A stretch of DNA of 32,000 nt, taken from NCBI RefSeq assembly GCF_000015585.1, contig NC_008789.1:570001-602000 (forward strand), written 5' to 3'. The notes under the pieces are model-generated. The model ran no database searches. It was given only the letters and a program-made list of their open reading frames with translations, and was not told where the DNA came from. Numbering within the stretch: the first letter of the stretch is position 1; each line of letters begins with the position of its first letter. The translations under genes were made by a program, and so were the position numbers. Below, piece after piece: positions 25,513 to 32,000 of this stretch. Source of the stretch: Halorhodospira halophila SL1 (GTDB lineage: Bacteria > Pseudomonadota > Gammaproteobacteria > Nitrococcales > Halorhodospiraceae).

Positions 25513-25539
25513 TCAAGTTCCTGCCTGGCCCGCCGATAG
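25513..25539 (+). promoter_or_regulatory. Sigma-28 (FliA) promoter of flgMN: TCAAGTTC-N11-GCCGATAG
   Basis: On the plus strand TCAAGTTC is at 25513-25520, the spacer is 11 nt, and GCCGATAG is at 25532-25539. It is about 77 nt upstream of the flgM ATG and matches the pattern of the two flagellin promoters. Confidence 0.75.
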
Positions 25540-25615
25540 AAACGGATAGCACGGGTCCATGCACGCCAGGGATCGGTGGTGCAGCCCGCACAGGAAAGGT
25601 TTTGAGGAGAGCCCG

Positions 25616-25927
25616 ATGTCCAATCCGATTGAAGGAGGGGGTCCACGCCCCGTCGGACCCGCTACTGCGCAACCGGGCAAGGGGCAGAAGAGCGGCGGCG
25701 CTGATGAGGCGCCGAACGCCCCGAGCAAGGGCGCCGCTGGCGGCGCCGACGAGGCAGCGACCTCGGAACGACTGCAGACGGTCCGCGAGCGCATCGACCA
25801 GACCCCGGAAGTCGACCGGGACCGGGTCGAGGCCATCAAGGAACGGATCGCCAACGGCGACTACCCGGTCGACGCCGAGAAGGTCGCCAAGAAGTTCGCT
25901 GAGCTTGAGGCCCTGGTCGAGTCGTGA
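25616..25927 (+). CDS. flgM: Anti-sigma-28 factor FlgM
   Basis: The 103-aa protein has a Gly/Ala/Pro-rich disordered N-terminus. The conserved C-terminal region reads VDRDRVEAIKERIANGDYPVDAEKVAKKFAELE. The ATG follows GAGGAG at 6-nt spacing. The 19 extra codons in the track ORF are not supported. Confidence 0.85.
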   Translation: MSNPIEGGGPRPVGPATAQPGKGQKSGGADEAPNAPSKGAAGGADEAATSERLQTVRERIDQTPEVDRDRVEAIKERIANGDYPVDAEKVAKKFAELEALVES

Positions 25928-26454
25928 TGACCCCGGCGGAGCATGACCGCAGTGGTCATCCACCCCGCCAGCCCCTGGATACGGAGCTGGCGCAGAGGTT
26001 GGCTGTGCGTGTCGAACGCTGCCAGGTGCGGGCTGGCGAGCTCGCCGAGACTCTTGAGCTCGAGGCCCGGAGACTGATCGACCGGGAACTCGACGGCTTC
26101 GATGAGATACTGCGTCACAAGGCCGCGCAGGTGGAGGCACTGGAAGAGGCCGAGCAGCAACTGCGCCGCGTCCTCACCGAGGCCGGTTACCCGGCAGGAA
26201 CCGCCGGCGTGCGGGCGATGCTCCGCACGGCGCCCGAGTCGCTCCGCACCGCCTGGGGCGAGCTGGAGCAGCTGCTGCGAACCATCCAGGCCCGCAACGA
26301 GGCCAACGGCCGCCTCATCCACCGCAACCTCGACCACACCCGACGCCTGCTCGACCTCGCCACCGGGGCCCACCAGCGCACCGACGAGCTCACCTACGGG
26401 ACCCACGGCGGCTACACCACCAGCGATCGCTCCCGGCGCATCACCCAGGCCTGA
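25927..26454 (+). CDS. flgN: Flagellar export chaperone FlgN-like protein
   Basis: The protein looks helical, with an FlgN-like core (ELAETLELEARRLIDRELDGFDEILRHKAAQVEALEEAEQQL...ARNEANGRLIHRNLDHTRRLLDL). It is translationally coupled to flgM: GTGATGA places the starts at 25924/25927 over the flgM TGA. Its position is flgA-flgM-flgN. Confidence 0.7.
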   Translation: MTPAEHDRSGHPPRQPLDTELAQRLAVRVERCQVRAGELAETLELEARRLIDRELDGFDEILRHKAAQVEALEEAEQQLRRVLTEAGYPAGTAGVRAMLRTAPESLRTAWGELEQLLRTIQARNEANGRLIHRNLDHTRRLLDLATGAHQRTDELTYGTHGGYTTSDRSRRITQA

Positions 26455-26514
26455 GCGACCCTTCCCTCCGCCGCCCACGTGCTATCTTGATGGGATGGAA
26501 CGAGGGAGGCAGCC

Positions 26515-26913
26515 ATGACCGAAATCGACCCCGCCACAGCCAGCCACGAGGCGTCACGCCCGCACCACGCCGAGCGGGGCGCCGAGCAACGTCGCGAAGA
26601 GGCCCTACGGGCGGAGCGGGACGGGACCGTTGGGGGGACTGCGGAACGGATCCAGGACGAACAGCGCGTGGGCGGGAGCCGCGATCGGGACCCCACGTCG
26701 ATGCGTGTCGACGATCGGGTGGCGGTCACCGCCTCGCAGCCGGAATCGGCCACCGGGGAGGTACCGCGTGATCGGGAGGAGGCACGCGCCCTGGCCGAGG
26801 AGACCCGGGAGCGCATCCTGGACAATCCGGAGCGGGCGGCCGAGTCCGTGCGCGACACCGCCCACGAACCCGCCGCCAGCCGGATGAGCCGGGCGATCGA
26901 CGCCCTTAGTTGA
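26515..26913 (+). CDS. Hypothetical acidic, Arg/Glu-rich, probably disordered protein (132 aa)
   Basis: The ATG is preceded by GAGGGAGG at 5-nt spacing. Third-codon positions are strongly G/C-biased (roughly four in five by my count), as in the neighbouring real genes. There is no hydrophobic segment and I recognise no motif. It shares strand and spacing with flgMN, and its last 8 nt overlap the rplS stop convergently. Confidence 0.55.
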   Translation: MTEIDPATASHEASRPHHAERGAEQRREEALRAERDGTVGGTAERIQDEQRVGGSRDRDPTSMRVDDRVAVTASQPESATGEVPRDREEARALAEETRERILDNPERAAESVRDTAHEPAASRMSRAIDALS

Positions 26914-27259
26914 TCTTCTCTTTGATGCGCGCCGCCTTGCCGCTGAGCTCGCGCAGGTGGTAGAGCTTGGCCTGGCGCACGTCGCCGCGACGCTTGACCT
27001 TGATGCTCTCGATCTGCGGGCTGTAGGTCTGAAAGACGCGCTCCACACCCTCGCCGTGGGACGTCTTGCGCAGGGTGAACGAGGAGTTCAGGCCTCGCTT
27101 GCGCTTGGCGATGACCACGCCCTCGAAGGGCTGGACGCGCTCGCGACCGCCCTCACGCACCCACACCTGCACCAGCACGGTGTCGCCCGGGGCGAACTCC
27201 GGCACCGTGTGCTTGCACGTCTCGATCTGCTCGCGCTCCAGTTCGTCGATGACGTTCAT
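26906..27259 (-). CDS. rplS: 50S ribosomal protein L19
   Basis: The sequence is unmistakably L19: [44 protein letters not shown]...[33 protein letters not shown]. Confidence 0.97.
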   Translation of the reverse strand: MNVIDELEREQIETCKHTVPEFAPGDTVLVQVWVREGGRERVQPFEGVVIAKRKRGLNSSFTLRKTSHGEGVERVFQTYSPQIESIKVKRRGDVRQAKLYHLRELSGKAARIKEKIN

Positions 27260-27276
27260 GACGATTCCCCTCGGTT

Positions 27277-28071
27277 CTACGTTTCGTCGTGATCGTTGCC
27301 GGCCCGCGCCTCAGCGCGGTGCTCGGCGATGAATTCATCCAGCAAGCGGCGCTGCCGCTCGTCCAGCTCCCGCCCGGCGAGCAGATCCGGGCGACGCAAC
27401 CAAGTCCGCCCCAGGGCCTGCTTGAGCCGCCAGGTGTCGACCGCCCCGTGGTCACCGGAGCGCAGCACCTCCGGCACGCCGCGCCTCTCGTAGACCTCCG
27501 GGCGCGTATAGTGCGGGTGGTCCAGCAACCCGGTGGCGAAGGAGTCCTCGGCCGCCGAATCTTCGTGGCCGAGCGCCCCCGGCACCAGTCGCGTGGCGGC
27601 GTCGATGGCCACCATGGCCGCCAGCTCGCCACCGCTGAGGACGTAGTCGCCGATGGACAACTCCTCGTCCACCTCGGCCTCGAGCAGCCGCTCGTCGATG
27701 CCCTCGTAGCGGCCGCAGAGGTAGATCACGCGTTCGCAGGCCGCCAGCCGCGCCACCCTATCCTGATCCAGCCGCGCCCCCTGGGGGCTGAGGTGGATCA
27801 CCCGGGCCGGGCGGGGATCGGCCGCCCGCGCTGCCTGGATGGCCCGGTGCAGCGGCGCCACCTTCATCACCATGCCCGGCCCGCCGCCGTAGGGCCGATC
27901 GTCCACGGTGGCGTGGCGGTCCTCGGCATAATCCCGCGGATTCCAGGCGCTCAGCTCGATCAGGCCCCGCTCGGCCGCGCGCCCGACCACCCCGAAGCGC
28001 GCCACCTGCTCGACCATCTCCGGGAAGACGGTGATGACGTCGATGCGTCTAGAATTCGGGGTCCCAGTCAA
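27277..28071 (-). CDS. trmD: tRNA (guanine37-N1)-methyltransferase TrmD
   Basis: TrmD sequence is present: [11 protein letters not shown]...[14 protein letters not shown]...VIHLSPQG...[12 protein letters not shown]...[17 protein letters not shown]...HYTRP. The TTG start at 28071 overlaps the 3' end of the rimM reading frame by 23 nt. Confidence 0.95.
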   Translation of the reverse strand: MTGTPNSRRIDVITVFPEMVEQVARFGVVGRAAERGLIELSAWNPRDYAEDRHATVDDRPYGGGPGMVMKVAPLHRAIQAARAADPRPARVIHLSPQGARLDQDRVARLAACERVIYLCGRYEGIDERLLEAEVDEELSIGDYVLSGGELAAMVAIDAATRLVPGALGHEDSAAEDSFATGLLDHPHYTRPEVYERRGVPEVLRSGDHGAVDTWRLKQALGRTWLRRPDLLAGRELDERQRRLLDEFIAEHRAEARAGNDHDET

Positions 28072-28561
28072 CCTCGATGACGCCTTCCTGCTGATCGACC
28101 CGCTGAACGACGTGGTCGAGGGTGAACGGGATCAGCCGCTCTCGCTCGCCGCGCACGACCATCACATCGTTGGCGCCGGTCTCGAACAGATGGCTGACCA
28201 CGCCGAGTTCGACGCCGTCGACGGTCCGGACCGTGAGACTTTCCAGGTCGACCCAGTAGTACTCGCCGGGTTACGGCTCCGGCAACAGCTCCCGCGCCAC
28301 CGCGATGTCGCTGCCGACCCACTGCCTCGCCTGGTCGCGATCCTCTACGCCGGCGATACGGGCGATCAGTCTCTTGCCCTGCTCCTGTCCCGCTTCGAGC
28401 CGCGCAGCCTGCCAGCCATCGGCGGTAGCCAGGTGCCAATCGGGGTACTCGAACAGCCCGGCCTTGGGCTGGGTGTAAGAGTAGACCTTGACCCAGCCGT
28501 TGACACCGAACAGGCCGACAACCCGGCCGACGATGACCCGCCTGGGCTCACGATCCGGCAT
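28049..28561 (-). pseudogene. rimM: Ribosome maturation factor RimM reading frame interrupted by a single in-frame TAA (28271-28273)
   Basis: The N-terminal RimM domain (VIVGRVVGLFGVNGWVKVYSYT..., 96 aa) ends at a TAA. The same frame then continues without a shift into a complete PRC-barrel domain: [73 protein letters not shown]. The two parts total 169 aa, which is normal RimM length. I verified the frame codon by codon. Confidence 0.85.
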
Positions 28562-28576
28562 GGATCGCGAACCGAC

Positions 28577-28837
28577 TTACTGAGCCGCTTGCTCGGCGCG
28601 CTCGGCCTGGCGGATCAGCTGCGCGGCGCGCTCCGTCGGCTGCGCCCCCTTGGCGATCCACGCCTTGGAGCGCTCGACGTCCAGCTTCAGCGGCGCCTCT
28701 TGCCCCGAGGCCACCGGATTGAAGTAGCCCAGGCGCTCGATAAAGGCGCCGTCCCGCGGCTTCTTCGCCTCGGTAACTACGATGTGGTAGAAGGGCCGCT
28801 TCTTCGCGCCCGCCCTTGCCAGTCGAATGGTAACCAT
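28577..28837 (-). CDS. rpsP: 30S ribosomal protein S16
   Basis: The sequence is [41 protein letters not shown]. It is the first gene of the rpsP-rimM-trmD-rplS operon. Confidence 0.97.
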
Positions 28838-28972
28838 ATGCGCCCTTGCGATTCCCGTTACGTTGAGTCATCGGCCCCCAAGTGGGGGCTTCTGATACGT
28901 ACTTGAGTAAACCGGGCATTGTACTCGCTTTGTCACTGAAGGGAAGGGTCCACACCGAGAAAAGCACGGCCC

Positions 28973-29386
28973 TCAGCCGCTGTCGTCGCCCCGGTCGGGG
29001 CCGCTGAACCGATGCAGCAGCCGCTCCCGGTAGCGCTGCTCGGCGACGCACAGGGCGTCGTCCCCCCGGCCGCTGCTCTCGAGCCGGGCCCGTAGCAGCG
29101 ACAGCCGGCGCTCGGCCTGGCTACGCTGTTCCGCCGCCTGGTCGGAGGCGTCGGTGTAGAGAGCGTCGATGAGATCCTCGAGGCTGCGGATCTCCTGACG
29201 CTCGGCCAGCTCCGGCGGGATGCAGTTGGCGTTCTTGAGCACCCGGTAGGCGGTGCGCAGGTGCTCAGGAACCATGGAGTCGTCATCGAGCACCAAGGGC
29301 TGCCCGGCCCCGGGGAGATCCTGCAGCTCGCCCTGCTCCACGGCCTCCTCCAGGCGACGCTCGGCAATCTGGTCGATGAGGCTCAC
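28973..29386 (-). CDS. DUF1992 (DnaJ-like subfamily C member 28 / YhdN-type) domain protein
   Basis: The N-terminus (IAERRLEEAVEQGELQDLPGAGQPLVLDDDSMVPEHLRTAYRVLKNANCIPPEL) matches the conserved DUF1992 signature as I remember it. The GTG start overlaps the helicase TGA stop (GTGA). Confidence 0.75.
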   Translation of the reverse strand: MSLIDQIAERRLEEAVEQGELQDLPGAGQPLVLDDDSMVPEHLRTAYRVLKNANCIPPELAERQEIRSLEDLIDALYTDASDQAAEQRSQAERRLSLLRARLESSGRGDDALCVAEQRYRERLLHRFSGPDRGDDSG

Positions 29387-31383
29387 GACTCGTCCTCCCA
29401 GAAGGCTTGTACATCCTCAACACGGCGGGTGAGCGGCATCTCCGGCAGGCTGCTCCGGAACAGCCTGCCGTACGGCTTACCGAGCAGGCGCGGATCCGCA
29501 ATCATCAGCACGCCGCGGTCGGCATCGTCGCGGATCAGGCGCCCGGCCCCCTGCTTCAGGGCGATGACCGCCTCGGGCAGGAGGATATCCCGAAACGCCA
29601 CGCCCCCGGCCTCCTCCACTGCGCGCTGACGCGCGGCGGTGACCGGGTCCCCGGGAGCGGCGAAGGGCAGGCGGTCGATGATCACCGCCGAGAGCGCCGC
29701 CCCGCGGATGTCTACCCCCTGCCAGAAGCTCGCCGTACCGAGCAGGACGGCATCACCCGCCCGCGAAAAGGCGTCCAGCAGCCGCCCCTGGGGGGCATCA
29801 CCCTGAACCAGCAGAGGGCGCGTCAGGCTCGTCTCCAGCTGCTCACGGGCCAGCCGCAGGGCCCGATGACTGGTGAACAGCAGGAAGACCCCGCCAGGCG
29901 TACAGTCGATCACCTCCTGCGCCCGGGCCACCACTGCCTGATCGTACCCCGCCTGATTGGGCAGCGGGAGACCGCTGGGGCAGTACAGCAGGGATTGGCG
30001 GGCGTAGTCGAAGGGACTGGCCAGCTGCTCGGTGCGCACCGACTCGGCCAGCCCCAGGCGGCGGCGAAAGGCGGCGAAGGAGCTGCCCACGGCGAGGGTG
30101 GCCGAGAGCAGGACCCAGGCGCTGGCCTCGCGCTCCATGCGCCGGCGGAAGCTGCCGCCCACATCCAGCGGCGTCAGGTGCAGGGCGAAGCCCCGCCCGC
30201 GGGTCTCGTACCACTGCACCTCGCCCTCCGCCTCCGGAGCCAGGAAGCGCCCGAGCGCCTCGCCCAGCTCACCGGCGCGCCGGTGGCACGCCTCCAGCTC
30301 GGGGCCGCGCTCGGCCGCCGCGGCGAGGACCCGCTCCAGGCCGGCGGTCGCGCCGCGCAGGGCCGCGGCCGCCTCGGCGGCCCCCTGCTCGGCCACCACG
30401 TACCAGGCATCCCGCTGCTCCCCGCCCTCCAGGGCCAGGCGCAGCTCGGCGACCGCGCTCTCCAGCGTATCCACGGCCGCGCGCAGGTCCGGCATGTCAC
30501 CGGCCTCGCGCCGATCGGCGATGCGCACGTCCCGCACCAGATCGCGCAGGGCCCGCGCCGAGACCGAGTGGCCGAAGAAGCGTGCGGCGGTGTCCGGAAG
30601 GAGATGGGCCTCATCGAGGACCACCGCCTGCGCCTCGGGCAGCACGGCGCCGTAACCGGCGTCCTTGACCGCCCAGTCGGCCAGCAACAGGTGGTGGTTG
30701 ACCACCAGCACGTCGGCCTCGTGGGCGCGCCGGCGGGCCTCGTAGAAGAAGCACTCGTCGTAGGCCGGACACCCCTGACCGAGGCAGCGTTCCGGGGTGG
30801 AGGTGATGCGTTCGGCCACGCCCTCGACGCCCTCCGGCGCCTCGGCCAGATCGCCGCTTTCCGTCTGCCGGGCCCACTGCGCGGCCGTCTCGATCTGCTC
30901 AACTTCATCAGGGGCCGTGAACGGCCCCTCCTCCACCGCCCGCTGCAGCCGATAGCGGCACAGGTAGTTGGCCCGCCCCTTGAGCAGCGCCGCACGCATC
31001 GGGCGGGGCGTGGCAGCCTGCAGCGCCGCCCGCACCCGCGGGAGATCGCGGTGGTAGAGCTGATCCTGCAGGGTGCGCGTCCCGGTGGAGATGATGACCC
31101 GGCGCCCGTCGAGCAGCGTGGGCACCAGGTAGGCGTAGGTCTTGCCAATGCCCGTGCCGGCCTCCGCCACCAGGACCTCGTCATCGGCCAGGGCGTCGGC
31201 CACCGCCGCCCCCAGGCGTAGCTGCCCCGGGCGCGGGGCGAAGCCCTCGATGGCCCGGCTGACCGCCCCGCCGACGTCGAGCTCGGAGACCACCGCCTCG
31301 GCGAAGGCCCCGGTAGCCGGGCTAGAATCCACCAAGGCCGCCGTCTCCGGCCTCGCCGAAGCGTCGCGCCGTGGACGCCGCAT
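29383..31383 (-). CDS. dinG: ATP-dependent DNA helicase of the DinG/YoaA (XPD-like, Fe-S) family
   Basis: Walker A is VAEAGTGIGKTYAYLVP and the DEAH box is VVLDEAHLL. Four cysteines sit in the Fe-S position (NYLCRY...PERCLGQGCPAYDECFF). The C-terminal helicase motifs are LFTSHRAL...LGTASFWQGVD...VIIDRLPF. The start is uncertain. Candidates are ATG 31383, and TTG 31335 or GTG 31332, which would overlap the upstream gene's stop by about 11-14 nt. The track start at 31446 is unlikely. Confidence 0.85.
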   Translation of the reverse strand: MRRPRRDASARPETAALVDSSPATGAFAEAVVSELDVGGAVSRAIEGFAPRPGQLRLGAAVADALADDEVLVAEAGTGIGKTYAYLVPTLLDGRRVIISTGTRTLQDQLYHRDLPRVRAALQAATPRPMRAALLKGRANYLCRYRLQRAVEEGPFTAPDEVEQIETAAQWARQTESGDLAEAPEGVEGVAERITSTPERCLGQGCPAYDECFFYEARRRAHEADVLVVNHHLLLADWAVKDAGYGAVLPEAQAVVLDEAHLLPDTAARFFGHSVSARALRDLVRDVRIADRREAGDMPDLRAAVDTLESAVAELRLALEGGEQRDAWYVVAEQGAAEAAAALRGATAGLERVLAAAAERGPELEACHRRAGELGEALGRFLAPEAEGEVQWYETRGRGFALHLTPLDVGGSFRRRMEREASAWVLLSATLAVGSSFAAFRRRLGLAESVRTEQLASPFDYARQSLLYCPSGLPLPNQAGYDQAVVARAQEVIDCTPGGVFLLFTSHRALRLAREQLETSLTRPLLVQGDAPQGRLLDAFSRAGDAVLLGTASFWQGVDIRGAALSAVIIDRLPFAAPGDPVTAARQRAVEEAGGVAFRDILLPEAVIALKQGAGRLIRDDADRGVLMIADPRLLGKPYGRLFRSSLPEMPLTRRVEDVQAFWEDES

Positions 31384-31906
31384 CCCGCGCCCCGCCACGA
31401 TCCCCCCGCTCCATGCGCGCCGCCGCCACCAGCCACCACGCCTCACGCATCACGGCGAGGTCCTGATCGCCGGTATCCACAGCGCGCAGGGCCAGCTCCT
31501 CCGCTCGCTGGTAGTGACCCTGCTGATACCGCACCGCAGCCAGGTTCTGCCAAAGCACCCCCTGTTCCGGGGCCTGGTCCAGGGCCTGTTCCAGATGCCG
31601 CACGGCGCCGTCGTAGTCGCGCCCCTCGTACGCCTCCCGGGCCCGCTGGGCCAGCGTCGCCACGTCGTCGCCCCGGGTCTGGTCCTCCTCCTGCCGAGGC
31701 GCGGGCTGCGGCTGCGACCACCAGCCGCCCTGATCCTCCTGCTCTTGCTCCGTCTCTCGCTCCGGGGCATCCCCCCGAGACGCATCGGCCTGCTCGGCCG
31801 TATCATGATCGCTCCGGGCGATCCCGTCATCAGGCGGCACATAACAAGCCACCGGCGCCAGCAATACCAGGGCCGGGAGCGCGGAGAACATCCGCCATCG
31901 CGTCAT
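31322..31906 (-). CDS. Putative lipoprotein with a TPR repeat pair
   Basis: The signal or lipobox-like N-terminus is MTRWRMFSALPALVLLAPVAC. An acidic low-complexity linker follows, then TPR-like helices (AREAYEGRDYDGAVRHLEQALDQAPEQGVLWQNLAAVRYQQGHYQRAEELALRAV). It has an ATG start and is the first gene of a three-gene overlapping operon. Confidence 0.6.
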   Translation of the reverse strand: MTRWRMFSALPALVLLAPVACYVPPDDGIARSDHDTAEQADASRGDAPERETEQEQEDQGGWWSQPQPAPRQEEDQTRGDDVATLAQRAREAYEGRDYDGAVRHLEQALDQAPEQGVLWQNLAAVRYQQGHYQRAEELALRAVDTGDQDLAVMREAWWLVAAARMERGDRGGARDAASTARRFGEAGDGGLGGF

Positions 31907-32000
31907 CTCGGGGCCTCGTTTCAGATCCGGGCTTCGCTGCCGCCAAGGATACCAGAGCCGGAGCCCGCCGGGCGTGGACCTTTACGGCCGGACAGCCGCC

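Noticed and set aside
26412-26858. A 148-aa minus-strand ORF antisense to the orphan ORF 26515-26913.
   Set aside because: It is Ser/Arg-rich with no SD. The plus-strand frame has the strong SD and the gene-like third-position G/C bias, so I kept that one.
28068-28439. A 123-aa minus-strand ORF spanning the rimM stop region in another frame.
   Set aside because: Its translation is Arg/Gly/Ala-rich junk. The RimM homology runs in the frame of 28271-28561 on both sides of the TAA, so no frameshift explanation is needed.
28874-28889. Hairpin GCCCCC-AAGT-GGGGGC between the DUF1992 gene and rpsP.
   Set aside because: The stem is only 6 bp and there is no U-tract on the minus strand. I also could not define a convincing rpsP promoter around it (TACAAT at about 28913-28918 has no good -35). 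That is not enough to call a terminator or leader element.

Overview
This high-GC window is mostly a polar-flagellum regulon of the Pseudomonas/Vibrio (gammaproteobacterial) type, and almost all genes are on the minus strand. The proteins are very acidic and lysine-poor, which suggests a halophile, possibly Ectothiorhodospiraceae-like (inference only).

Gene order in plus coordinates:
- fleQ, fliT-like, fliS, fliD, flaG and two tandem flagellin genes (113-7725, minus strand).
- A self-contained TonB-dependent receptor unit and a small beta-barrel outer-membrane protein (8166-11438, minus strand), wedged into the flagellar cluster.
- flgL-K-J-I-H-G-F-E-D-C-B, cheR and cheV (11560-24520, minus strand).
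- Divergent flgA-flgM-flgN plus an orphan acidic ORF (24663-26913, plus strand).
- The rpsP-rimM-trmD-rplS ribosomal operon (26906-28837, minus strand).
- A TPR lipoprotein, DinG/YoaA-type Fe-S helicase and DUF1992 operon (28973-31906, minus strand).

Promoters readable from the sequence: three sigma-28 promoters (fliC1, fliC2, flgMN), two sigma-54 promoters (flgB, flgA) and two sigma-70-like promoters (fleQ, the TonB-dependent receptor).

Observations most worth a second look:
1. A recurrent GCGGCAA/TTGCCGC motif confined to flagellar intergenic regions. It occurs as a 20-bp inverted repeat (GGCGGCA-N6-TGCCGCC) and as phased same-orientation arrays. One copy sits inside the fliC2 sigma-28 promoter spacer and a 10-bp-phased set lies upstream of the flgB sigma-54 promoter.
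2. An in-frame TAA stop inside an otherwise intact rimM.
3. The iron-receptor and outer-membrane-protein insertion between flgL and the flagellins.
4. In-frame Pro/Gly-rich expansions in FlgC and FlgD.
5. An orphan, apparently disordered ORF in the flgMN operon that overlaps rplS convergently.

I saw no CRISPR array, IS element, tRNA or rRNA. The many long ORFs antisense to these genes are high-GC shadow ORFs.
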